From positions 1-17,492 of the forward strand of contig JBAXBA010000078.1 of the NCBI GenBank assembly GCA_037142195.1: 17,492 nt of DNA, given 5' to 3'. The position numbers were made by a program, and so were the translations under genes. Of this stretch, positions 1 through 8,031 are shown piece by piece; position 1 is the stretch's first letter; each line of letters begins with the position of its first letter. The notes beneath the pieces were generated by a model. It was not told where the DNA came from, did no database searches, and saw only the letters and a list, made by a program, of their open reading frames with translations. The stretch is from Pseudomonadota bacterium. Its GTDB lineage: Bacteria > Bdellovibrionota_B > Oligoflexia > Oligoflexales > CAIMVM01.

Positions 1-333
1 CGTGAGAAACTGTCTTTATTTCAACTACTTAAATTAGATGTGAGTACACGCCCTAACAATCTTTAATAATTGACAATATCGTCTCATCTTCGGGGTTTAT
101 GAAGGGACTACGAAATCCTAGAATTTTTCATAAAAGAAATTTTTTCGGATATCTCTGTTGGGACTCAGGTTCATATATTTTTCAGGATTCGATCTTATTG
201 GGTAATAGATACGGCATGTTATAAGGTTCTTTGGGTTTTTCTTTAGTGGGACTAAATTGCGGACGATAGGTTTTCTATGAGTTTGCTGAGGGATCGCGTG
301 ACGTTCTAACCTTTTAAAGACTAAGGAATTTTA

Positions 334-2964
334 ATGCTTACTCATTTAAAAGATTTACTTCAGATTCTAGCTGCTCTCAGCATTATTGTGGGATGCCGGC
401 AAAGCGGTGAAATACGGAAGACTCTAAAAAACAAAGCACAAGATAAAGCGATTCTCAGCAGATCTGAAACCTCTGATATCAAGATCAGCGAAGATTCTTC
501 TTCAAAGGAAATAGTAATTTTGATTTCAGGGTTGTCGGCTCCCTCTGCATCCTGTGATTCTACATATCTAAACTATACTTCTTCCAATTTTTCGCTAGTT
601 CCCGAACAAAATGCTGTGACTTGGGGAGGAGTTTGGCCTAATTGCACTGCCGTTATTTCGCCAGTAGTGAATGCCAATGGCTCTGCCGTTGTAGAAATCA
701 TTGCCCATGATGGTAAGACTTCCGTTGTTGTTAAATCTATTAATCTGACTAGCGAGCCTATTAATGATGCTCCGGCACTAGCCCCCTTTAGCTCCTCACA
801 AATTCAAAGTACCAAAAACACGCCGACTTCGCCTATCAATGTATTCATTTCAGATGCTGATGGCCCCAATCAAACATGTAGTGCCAACTACCTTTCTTAC
901 AAGTCTTCTAACTCAGCTGTCGTAGCAGATAGCGGTGCCATTACATGGGGTGGGACTTGGCCAGAATGCACGGCTGTAGTTCAACCCGTTGCGGACGCAA
1001 TCGGCGACACTTCCATATCTGTTACAGTGTCCGATGGTGATCTCGTAAGTGGAGCAATGTCTTTTGATCTGTCAGTGGTTATCAAAACGCCCACTATTTT
1101 AGATGTGCAAAACCAATCTACATCTGAAGATGTTGCATTAAACAATGTTCAAGTCGTAATCGGTGATGGTGAAAATGCAGTTTCATGCGCCACGTCTCTT
1201 ACGGCGCAGTCTAGCAACACGAGCCTGCTGCCCGTTGCTAACATCGCTATAACCGGCACGGCACCCAATTGCGCCATAGGGCTGACACCATTAGCAAACG
1301 CTAACGGACAAAGCACGGTCACACTTAATGTGACCGATGGCATCTCTAACGTGCAGGATAGCTTTGTACTGACCGTAACACCGGCTTTCGACGCGCCGGC
1401 TCTTGTTGTAGTTGATTCTCAAAGCACGGTAAGCAATATAAGTACAGCCATTGCGCTTGGCTTAAATAACCCAGATGGCTATCTGTTTTCTTGCGCCAGC
1501 ACGCACATTTCCTACATATCCAGCAACACCTCACTTGTTCCTGCAACAGGCGCTTTAGTTTTAAGCGGCTCATTCCCATCTTCTTGCGTAGCTACCATCA
1601 CTCCAGCGCAGGATGCCTACGGCGTTTCACAAATATCTTTTACACTGGACAACGGCACTTATCACGATTCCAAAACAGTTCTACTCACGGTGACTCCGAG
1701 CCCACGCCTTGTGGGATCGGTTGCTCTAAATTCTGGTGCCAGCACACCGGGCTGGTCGACTCTCAATTTGCAGGGCACCAAGGCTTATGCACTTGGCTAT
1801 CGATTGGCAATTTTTGATGTGCAAAACTGGAGCAACATTACCGAGCTCAGCAATATACCGATGCTAACTACTTGGACCGGTACGGACTCCGAGCTTATTG
1901 GTACCACACTTTATGCCACACATGATGGTTTGGGTATTCGCCCCATTGATGTTTCCAACCCAGCATCGCCGGTGTCAAATCCTTCTAGCGCTTGGGGTGG
2001 GTACACCCTTGCCCTGCAGGCAAAAGAACGGCCCGGTTTCGACCCCATTATTTTTGGTGCTAGTTTTCACGCGGGAATGCGGTTTTCTGTAATACCTACA
2101 ACTGGAGGTGCCATAACTTCTTTCGGCTCTGCAACCTACGCTCCCTGCGACAATTGGAACGGATATACGGTTGCTCTTCAAGATTCCATACTTGGTTCTG
2201 GCGACGCCGGAGGCTTTCAACTTTACTCGGTTGTGTATAACACGCCACCAGCAGCTCCAACAGTTACTAGAACTGCCTGCTACGGCCAGAGTGAAGTGCG
2301 GGGGATTGCCTTTTCACCCGATGCTAATTATGCATATTTGGCAGCAAATGGAGGCGGTCTTGCGGTCATTGATATAACCAATAAATTCGCATTAGCAAAG
2401 GTTGGAAGCTACACTTTTTCCACAGGTTCCTCTTACGCTGTTACACGGTATGCTACCAACCGCATTGTTGTTGGTAATTCCGATAAACTACACTTCTTTG
2501 ATGTGAGCAATCCCACCTTGCCTAAGCTTCTATATTCTTACGTTTTAACGGGCAATCAAGGCCTCAGGAATTGGTCAAAAATCAAACTGAGTTCCGATGG
2601 TATCTTGTCGTTTGTCGATCAAAGTAGCACAAACACCAATGTAGGGAAATTTTTAAAACCTGTAAATTTTGTACATATGGGTAGTACTAACGTAACTACA
2701 GCGCTCAACACTCCCACAACAGTTTCCTTGCCCGCACACTTCATTGCCGGTGGCTTACAAAGCGACTTAAGCTACGTAGTAGTAGCGGCACCAAGCAAGG
2801 GAACACTGGGAACCCTTCCTGATGTGCCGGCTACGGGAACGGCAAATTTAAATTACGCGCCTATGACAGGATTGAGTGGTTCAGACTCGTTTATTTATAA
2901 GATTTGCAACTCGTCCAGCGTGTGTACAGAATCCATCTTGGTCAGCATCACCATTACGCCCTAG
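334..2964 (+). CDS. Large surface lipoprotein: four tandem Ig/cadherin-like repeats, an LVIVD-type beta-propeller region and a C-terminal Ig-like (Big_9-like) domain
   Basis: 876-aa ORF with AAGGAA RBS upstream. Lipobox-like IVG-C21 follows a hydrophobic stretch. Four ~100-aa repeats share SC..(Y/A)xSSNxxL(V/L)..GxxPxC..P..NAxG..DG..NDAP/FDAP. LVIVD-like units (YAYLAANGGGLAVIDITN, LHFFDVSNPTLPKLL, IRPIDVSNPASP). C-terminal APSKGTL..YAP..GSDSFIYKIC is typical of Big_9/cadherin-like domains. Confidence 0.85.
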   Translation: MLTHLKDLLQILAALSIIVGCRQSGEIRKTLKNKAQDKAILSRSETSDIKISEDSSSKEIVILISGLSAPSASCDSTYLNYTSSNFSLVPEQNAVTWGGVWPNCTAVISPVVNANGSAVVEIIAHDGKTSVVVKSINLTSEPINDAPALAPFSSSQIQSTKNTPTSPINVFISDADGPNQTCSANYLSYKSSNSAVVADSGAITWGGTWPECTAVVQPVADAIGDTSISVTVSDGDLVSGAMSFDLSVVIKTPTILDVQNQSTSEDVALNNVQVVIGDGENAVSCATSLTAQSSNTSLLPVANIAITGTAPNCAIGLTPLANANGQSTVTLNVTDGISNVQDSFVLTVTPAFDAPALVVVDSQSTVSNISTAIALGLNNPDGYLFSCASTHISYISSNTSLVPATGALVLSGSFPSSCVATITPAQDAYGVSQISFTLDNGTYHDSKTVLLTVTPSPRLVGSVALNSGASTPGWSTLNLQGTKAYALGYRLAIFDVQNWSNITELSNIPMLTTWTGTDSELIGTTLYATHDGLGIRPIDVSNPASPVSNPSSAWGGYTLALQAKERPGFDPIIFGASFHAGMRFSVIPTTGGAITSFGSATYAPCDNWNGYTVALQDSILGSGDAGGFQLYSVVYNTPPAAPTVTRTACYGQSEVRGIAFSPDANYAYLAANGGGLAVIDITNKFALAKVGSYTFSTGSSYAVTRYATNRIVVGNSDKLHFFDVSNPTLPKLLYSYVLTGNQGLRNWSKIKLSSDGILSFVDQSSTNTNVGKFLKPVNFVHMGSTNVTTALNTPTTVSLPAHFIAGGLQSDLSYVVVAAPSKGTLGTLPDVPATGTANLNYAPMTGLSGSDSFIYKICNSSSVCTESILVSITITP

Positions 2965-3249
2965 TTTCTTCAAAAGATGCTTGGCTGTTCCTATAAATCC
3001 ATTCATCGTGTTTTTGAAGTCCATTTTCTTATTCTGCGTGTTTACAGATAGTCCCAATTTGTGTCAGCAATCTCATGAGTGCTGAGCTGCGGACCTTATT
3101 CTTTGCTTTTCTAAGTTTGAATGTGCCTTCAGATATCAAGCTTTAGCTCTTGATGAAATTTCAGCAAATATTTAAGACAGTTCCAATTTCTCTAACGTTG
3201 TATGGAATGCAGGCATTCAGCGCGCTATAGTCCCATATTTTCAATATTC

Positions 3250-3962
3250 TACTACTTAACATACAGAAAAAAATATCAAATTCCTTACTTTTGGGGAGCG
3301 TGCCCGGCGAGATAAAAGACGATGTGATAGTAAAAAGGATACTAGCAAAGTAATACCGTCCCTTTCCAGGTAAGGGGATTTTTTGGGATTCTTCCTAAGG
3401 GAAACATCCCAATAGGCTTTGGGCCATGGTTCTTTTCCGCTTGGATTAGGTATTATTACGGTCATTTTGGGTGATGGGAGTCGTGGATTCATTTACTATT
3501 TAAATAGTTGGATATTAAGTTCTTCGAGGACCTGTAAGTGGTGCAATATCTTTTATATGTTTAACAAAATAGGTTCTGGCAAGGAATCGCCAAAATACAT
3601 CTCAACTGACCCCGATCCTCTCTTCAATTGTTGGCGCTGGAAAGCAAATCAGGAAAATGGCTTCGACATCCACGAGCTTAGATATGCTCTCTATTGCCCA
3701 GCGATCAATCCTTTCGTCAAAAGTTTCATGGGAATTCTTCGCCGAGATTTTACCAATCATATTTTTTATTGGAGGCACTCAGATTTACTTGCAAAGATTT
3801 TGGCATTCCAGGATTATTTCAAATCTTTGCGCAATCCTTACAGCCATCAAGAATACACCAAATGAAATTACAGGAGAACGTCCGCCGGCCTCTTTAGATA
3901 TGAATAGGTTTAAGTGGGAGGCAGTATGCTGAGGGATGTATCACACACCCATTGCAGCATAG
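3250..3962 (+). pseudogene. Decayed IS-type DDE (rve integrase core) transposase relic
   Basis: Transposase-like peptide is split across frames. From 3312: IKDDVIVKRILAK*YRPFPGKG..RLWAMVLFRLD*VLLRSFWVMGVVDSFTI*IVGY*VLRGPVSGA. It then shifts into ORF 3419-3865 (MFNKI..PKYISTDPDPLF..PFVKSFMGILRRDFTNHIFYW..FQDYF) and back (TPNEITGERPPASLDMNRFKWEAVC*GMYHTPIAA*, TAG 3960-3962). In-frame stops at 3351, 3396, 3447, 3501, 3516 and 3930. The left boundary is uncertain and may extend to ~3075. Confidence 0.8.
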
Positions 3963-4356
3963 ATTTGACGTCGCGCCGTATGTTTTCTGGGATGCAGCTT
4001 TTTGAATTAGCTTATCTTCTTTTCTAAGCTTCACTTGGCGCCGGCAAGATATGTAGACTCATCAGCAAAGCCGTTCCTTTTAGGAATGCGTCATAACGCG
4101 CAAAAGACTCAGCAAAGTGAGCCAAATTAGACAGGACTTATTTAGATGTGACCTTTGGGAAAAGCGGTTTTTGCTAGTTAGTTATCGACTAGGACGAGTA
4201 TCTGAGCTAGCCAACTCCAAGAACTTCTACCGACTCATGAACCCAAAATGATTCAGAGATTCCTGTCCTTCCTCGCGTCGCTATTAGCTAAGTAGGAGTC
4301 GTAGGAGGAATTCAAGAATGGGGAGGTGCTGGCCCCTCGGAGCCTGAGTTCGCTCG

Positions 4357-4372
4357 TGGCCCTGAAATTGCT
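4357..4372 (+). promoter_or_regulatory. Candidate sigma-54 (RpoN) -24/-12 promoter
   Basis: TGGCCCTGAAATTGCT has exact GG-N10-GC spacing with TGGC and TTGC boxes, 44 nt upstream of ATG 4416. Confidence 0.55.
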
Positions 4373-4415
4373 CAAGGTCTATTGGTTGAGGAACATTTTT
4401 CTGAAAGGTAAAGAA

Positions 4416-4922
4416 ATGCGTAGAATCCTACCGATATTTTTGTTTTTTTTGGGCGGTTCGTCTTACGGCGTAGACATGGAGAAATCAGCAGCAATGGATT
4501 CGGGAAACAATGTGGGTGTCGGTGTTGCTTTTTCTGGGCTCACTGGGATTTCCATGTATGCTGAAACGGATCGAAGCAACTTCATTCAAGGCGCGATTGG
4601 CTTTGAGCCCTATGGTAGCTATGAAGCAACTGGCGACTATGCTTTTACGCACCGAAATGCATTTTCTGCAAATCCAAACGTTACTCCCTATTGGGGCATA
4701 GGTGGCATTGTATTACACGATAGAAACGACTATTGGACTCGCTATCAACGAGAGGGCTATGACTCCACCACCTACTTTGGAGCCAGAATCGCTTTAGGGG
4801 TTAATTTCGTAATTCCTCGAACTCCTGTGCAGTTAGGGGCGGAAGTCGCTCCGAGTCTACTCTTAACACCGGCTACTTACAGCTATTTGCAAGGCCGACT
4901 CAGTGCCCGCGTATTGTTTTGA
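4416..4922 (+). CDS. Putative small outer-membrane beta-barrel protein (DUF3996-like)
   Basis: The start is more likely ATG 4416 (AAAGGT upstream) than GTG 4326, giving 168 aa. Signal-peptide-like N-terminus (MRRILPIFLFFLGGSSYG), alternating Gly/aromatic amphipathic strands (VGVGVAFS, PYWGIGG, YFGARIALGVNF, VQLGAEVAP) and a terminal Phe (YLQGRLSARVLF). Confidence 0.7.
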   Translation: MRRILPIFLFFLGGSSYGVDMEKSAAMDSGNNVGVGVAFSGLTGISMYAETDRSNFIQGAIGFEPYGSYEATGDYAFTHRNAFSANPNVTPYWGIGGIVLHDRNDYWTRYQREGYDSTTYFGARIALGVNFVIPRTPVQLGAEVAPSLLLTPATYSYLQGRLSARVLF

Positions 4923-4954
4923 ACAACTAATTATTTAGGAAAAGGATCGACACT

Positions 4955-5181
4955 ATGAATTGGGATCAAGTTGAAGGTCAGTGGAAAGAAATCAAAGGCA
5001 AATTTCGTGAAAAATGGGCAAAGCTTACTGACGATGATCTGGAGCTAATTGCAGGAAAAAAAGATCGATTGTTGGGCAAGCTACAAAGTCACTACGGACA
5101 TCAGAAAGATGCAGCTGAAAAGAACTCGACGGTTTTATCTCTGGGATAAAAACAACTCTAGATAAGTCCCCTAAACATTGA
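4955..5181 (+). CDS. csbD: CsbD/YjbJ family general stress protein, with an apparent 1-nt frameshift near the 3' end (as written the ORF ends at 5149)
   Basis: MNWDQVEGQWKEIKGKFREKWAKLTDDDLELIAGKKDRLLGKLQSHYG is the classic CsbD/YjbJ signature, with an AAGGA RBS. Adding one A in the run at 5118-5121 restores AEKELDGFISGIKTTLDKSPKH* ending at TGA 5179-5181. Confidence 0.88.
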
Positions 5182-5193
5182 GGAGGTGTCTTT

Positions 5194-5352
5194 ATGTCTA
5201 TATCATTGATTATGACGATAATTCTTGTAGTGATTTTAATCGGTGCATTGCCTACATGGCCCCATAGCCGAAGCTGGGGATATGCTCCAAGCGGTTTGTT
5301 GGGGACCATTTTGATTGTGTTAATCATTTTAATGCTTCTAGGTCGCATATAG
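5194..5352 (+). CDS. DUF3309 family small membrane protein (52 aa; not in ORF track)
   Basis: Strong RBS AGGAGGT at 5181-5187. Translation MSISLIMTIILVVILIGALPTWPHSRSWGYAPSGLLGTILIVLIILMLLGRI* contains the LIGALPTWPHSRSWGYxPSG signature between two hydrophobic helices. Confidence 0.9.
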   Translation: MSISLIMTIILVVILIGALPTWPHSRSWGYAPSGLLGTILIVLIILMLLGRI

Positions 5353-6088
5353 GCAGCCTGATGCAGACACACACACATTAGGGGAGCCATGGGTATTGCT
5401 CCCCTCATTGGATTTAGCATCTGCTATCATTGCTTTTGCTGCTGGGTTTGAAGACCTTTACTTTTTTTGGCCCGGAAGTCCATTCTATGACAGAATCTCC
5501 TCGCTCAAAGACCAAAAGTTAAGTCTTAAAAGTATCTTTTAGATGGCATTCTCCTTATAAACTTCCTATGAGAAATGCGATTGCTTTGTCGATTGATTCC
5601 CATTTTTTCCTTGATCTAACTATGCAAATTTTTTTGCTTTTTACGATGTTTGCAAAGGCAAAAAATATCTATTGGCTTGAAAGACTAGTCAGATCTTTTT
5701 AAGTGCAGCACCATGCCCCTAGATAAAAGGAAGCTTTATTTATTGATAGATTCCTAAAGTTTCTCTTAGCATACCTATCGGCTCTCTCGTAATTACGGGC
5801 AGTTAAAAGACAAATGAGAAAGTAGTATAAGTTTTTGCTTAACAGCTTCAACACTTCATGCATCTTAGATGGCGATGTTACTTTTAACACGGATCTTTCA
5901 CAGGATTTTACGTGAGTTTTAAAGCTGTTTACGGGTAAGAAGTTAGGGAATCGTTCTAACAGTGCGAATTATTTAGCCTTAAAGCCGAACGATATGGGTA
6001 ATTATTTGTAGTTGCGCTTGGCATTCCATTCCTGATATTGCAGTCGTAGATATGAAGCCTTAAATGGCTTCTGATTAGGAGTACTAAT

Positions 6089-7351
6089 ATGAATGAGACT
6101 TGGCGAAGAAGCATACTTCTTTTTTCTTTATATACGACTCTTTTTTATCTCGTAGGGTGCGGAAAGGCAAAGTATTCTCCCGTAGTAAAGCCGGTTACAC
6201 TTGGGTCAGATGATGGTTTGAAAAGTACAATTCCTCGGAATGAAAATGAAGTGGAAGCAGCAAGATATTTTAAAGAAGATCTGACACCTGCACTGAATAT
6301 AGATTGTTCGGGCTGTCACAGAGACGGTGGAATTGGGCCAAGCTCTATTTTTAACTTCGAAGCGGCCACTAAATTGGCTAAAGCAGGCACATTATTAAGT
6401 AAACCTAATGGCGATTCTCACGGCGGCGGTAAAGTTTGCAAGGGCGGATCACCATGTACTGAAATTCAGTATTTTTTGCGGTTGATCGCGCCAGTACCAC
6501 CCCCGGCCTCTACTCAGACTCCGACACTCGCACATACACCCCCACATACACCTACGCCCACTCCGACTCCGATGCCGACTGCGACAGCTAATCCGACCTC
6601 GAGTTCCATGCTCGGGTTAAAAGTTAAAACCTATTTTGATCTCAATTGTATGGGTTGTCACAGTTCGACAAGTCCTAAACTTAACAACTTTGAAGCTCTG
6701 CGGTTAGGATCGGGAAGTAGTTCAGAAAAATACATAAATGTAGATGATCCAGAATCTTCCCTTCTTATTCAGGTGCTTTCAACGAAAATAAGACGGGAAC
6801 GCAAAAGTACTGTGTCGGCAATGCCGCCTGGGGGTCCTGACGCAGCAAACGAAGATCTTCAACTTCTGAAAGAATGGATAAAAATAGGCGCTCCCGATCC
6901 CAGCGCAACAATCACGAGCTCCGAACAGCTTGAAGATTTAAAAGTTGTTCTAGCAAGAGTATCCGAGCAGTACACCCAAAAAATCGAACCGATACTCTCT
7001 AAGAAGTGTTTTGCATGTCACAGCTCTACCTATGATATAAATCCTCTCTACCGCGACTGGCCTATTGTGAAGGACGTTATTGATAAACATGTAGGCGAAG
7101 GTCGCTTAGCACTTGATTTTGCCTATTCCTTTCCATTCAAGAAAAATGAGAGTGTGGGTGTCAACGTTAGTATTTTAAAGAACATGGCCGCTGATGTGGC
7201 TGGCAAGCAAATGCCTCCGAGATACTTTACAGCGCTTCCATGGTACAAAGATCTTAGGTGGGAGGAACGTGAGGCCATTGTGGATTGGTCATTTCATTCA
7301 GCCCTGCTTTTAACACCATTCTTAGCTATGGATTTAAAAGAAGTCAAATAG
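6089..7351 (+). CDS. Tri-heme c-type cytochrome lipoprotein
   Basis: AGGAG RBS and lipobox LVG-C24. Three CxxCH motifs: CSGCH (C73), CMGCH (C187) and CFACH (C307). The middle domain has DPESSLLIQ..AMPP..LKEWIKIGA (planctomycete cytochrome c-like). The last domain has CFACHS..KHVGEGRLALDF..QMPPRYF..IVDW (Haem_bd-like). A Pro/Thr linker separates domains 1 and 2. Confidence 0.85.
   Translation: MNETWRRSILLFSLYTTLFYLVGCGKAKYSPVVKPVTLGSDDGLKSTIPRNENEVEAARYFKEDLTPALNIDCSGCHRDGGIGPSSIFNFEAATKLAKAGTLLSKPNGDSHGGGKVCKGGSPCTEIQYFLRLIAPVPPPASTQTPTLAHTPPHTPTPTPTPMPTATANPTSSSMLGLKVKTYFDLNCMGCHSSTSPKLNNFEALRLGSGSSSEKYINVDDPESSLLIQVLSTKIRRERKSTVSAMPPGGPDAANEDLQLLKEWIKIGAPDPSATITSSEQLEDLKVVLARVSEQYTQKIEPILSKKCFACHSSTYDINPLYRDWPIVKDVIDKHVGEGRLALDFAYSFPFKKNESVGVNVSILKNMAADVAGKQMPPRYFTALPWYKDLRWEEREAIVDWSFHSALLLTPFLAMDLKEVK
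6490..6600 (+). repeat. Low-complexity Pro/Thr linker coding repeat
   Basis: Encodes PVPPPASTQTPTLAHTPPHTPTPTPTPMPTATANPT with repeated ACx CCx codons. Confidence 0.7.
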
Positions 7352-8031
7352 CTTGAAGCAGTCGAACTATTCAATTTAGTTTGTGGCCTAGATTTTAAAA
7401 TCTTGTATCTGGCGATAACCAATATGTTTCCATACTTTTTTGGAAATTCTATTTCAATTTACATGAAAATTGTGCTTTGACAGTTTAAAATACCCCAACT
7501 TTATCTAAAGAGAGGCGAATATAACTCCGCTTCATGAAACTTATGCAAACTTACTGTGCGCCACGAGGTGCACATTTGACAACGGGTTAGAATCCCGTCG
7601 GGTAAGTGGCGACCCACCACACCCGTACCTAGGTTTAGGTTTATGGAGGTGACGACATGGATCAAGCGTAATCAAGGGAGGTTGCTGAGCCGCAATCCGC
7701 AAGGGTGAAGCTATTGAGCCTCGTTATCGTCGTTGAAGTGGTTGGCGGTCTCGAATAGCCGCCCAGCAATACCTGAGCATCCGACAATGGGCATGGCTGT
7801 TTAGGCGCTTCCGGGGTCATAGGGCGTGGCGCAGCACCACAAGGCAAATGTGTAAACGTGGGATATCTCGCGTGCCTCCAGGATGGAGTACTGGCAAACA
7901 AGTGTAATAGCGAGGATGCCAGGAAGCATAATAAAGCGAGAAGTCAGATGAGGCGTAGTACTCTGAGTTCGGGAAAGCCGATCACATGGGGAAGGCCAAT
8001 GGGTTGAATCGACCTTAAAAAGGAAACTTAG

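Noticed and set aside
70..100. TTGACA at 70-75 (and at 7477-7482) as sigma-70 -35 boxes
   Set aside because: No acceptable TAnnnT -10 box at 16-18 nt spacing.
1149..2377. Small alternative-frame or antisense ORFs inside the 876-aa gene (likewise those inside the RT, topB-recQ, gspC-like, LOG, TPR and HTH genes)
   Set aside because: They are nested in well-supported CDSs and have no motifs of their own.
4045..4118. Near-repeat AGACTC(ATC)AGCAAAG occurring twice upstream of the stress cluster
   Set aside because: Only two imperfect short copies, so not a CRISPR array, and it cannot be supported as an enhancer site without comparative data.
5025..5420. 131-aa minus-strand ORF
   Set aside because: Antisense shadow of csbD and the DUF3309 gene, with no recognisable motifs.
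5389..5890. Short Cys-rich ORF after a GGGGAG RBS (MGIAPLIGFSICYHCFCCWV) and minus-strand ORF 5699-5890
   Set aside because: Too short or AT-rich, with no recognisable family or supporting signals; possibly decayed sequence.
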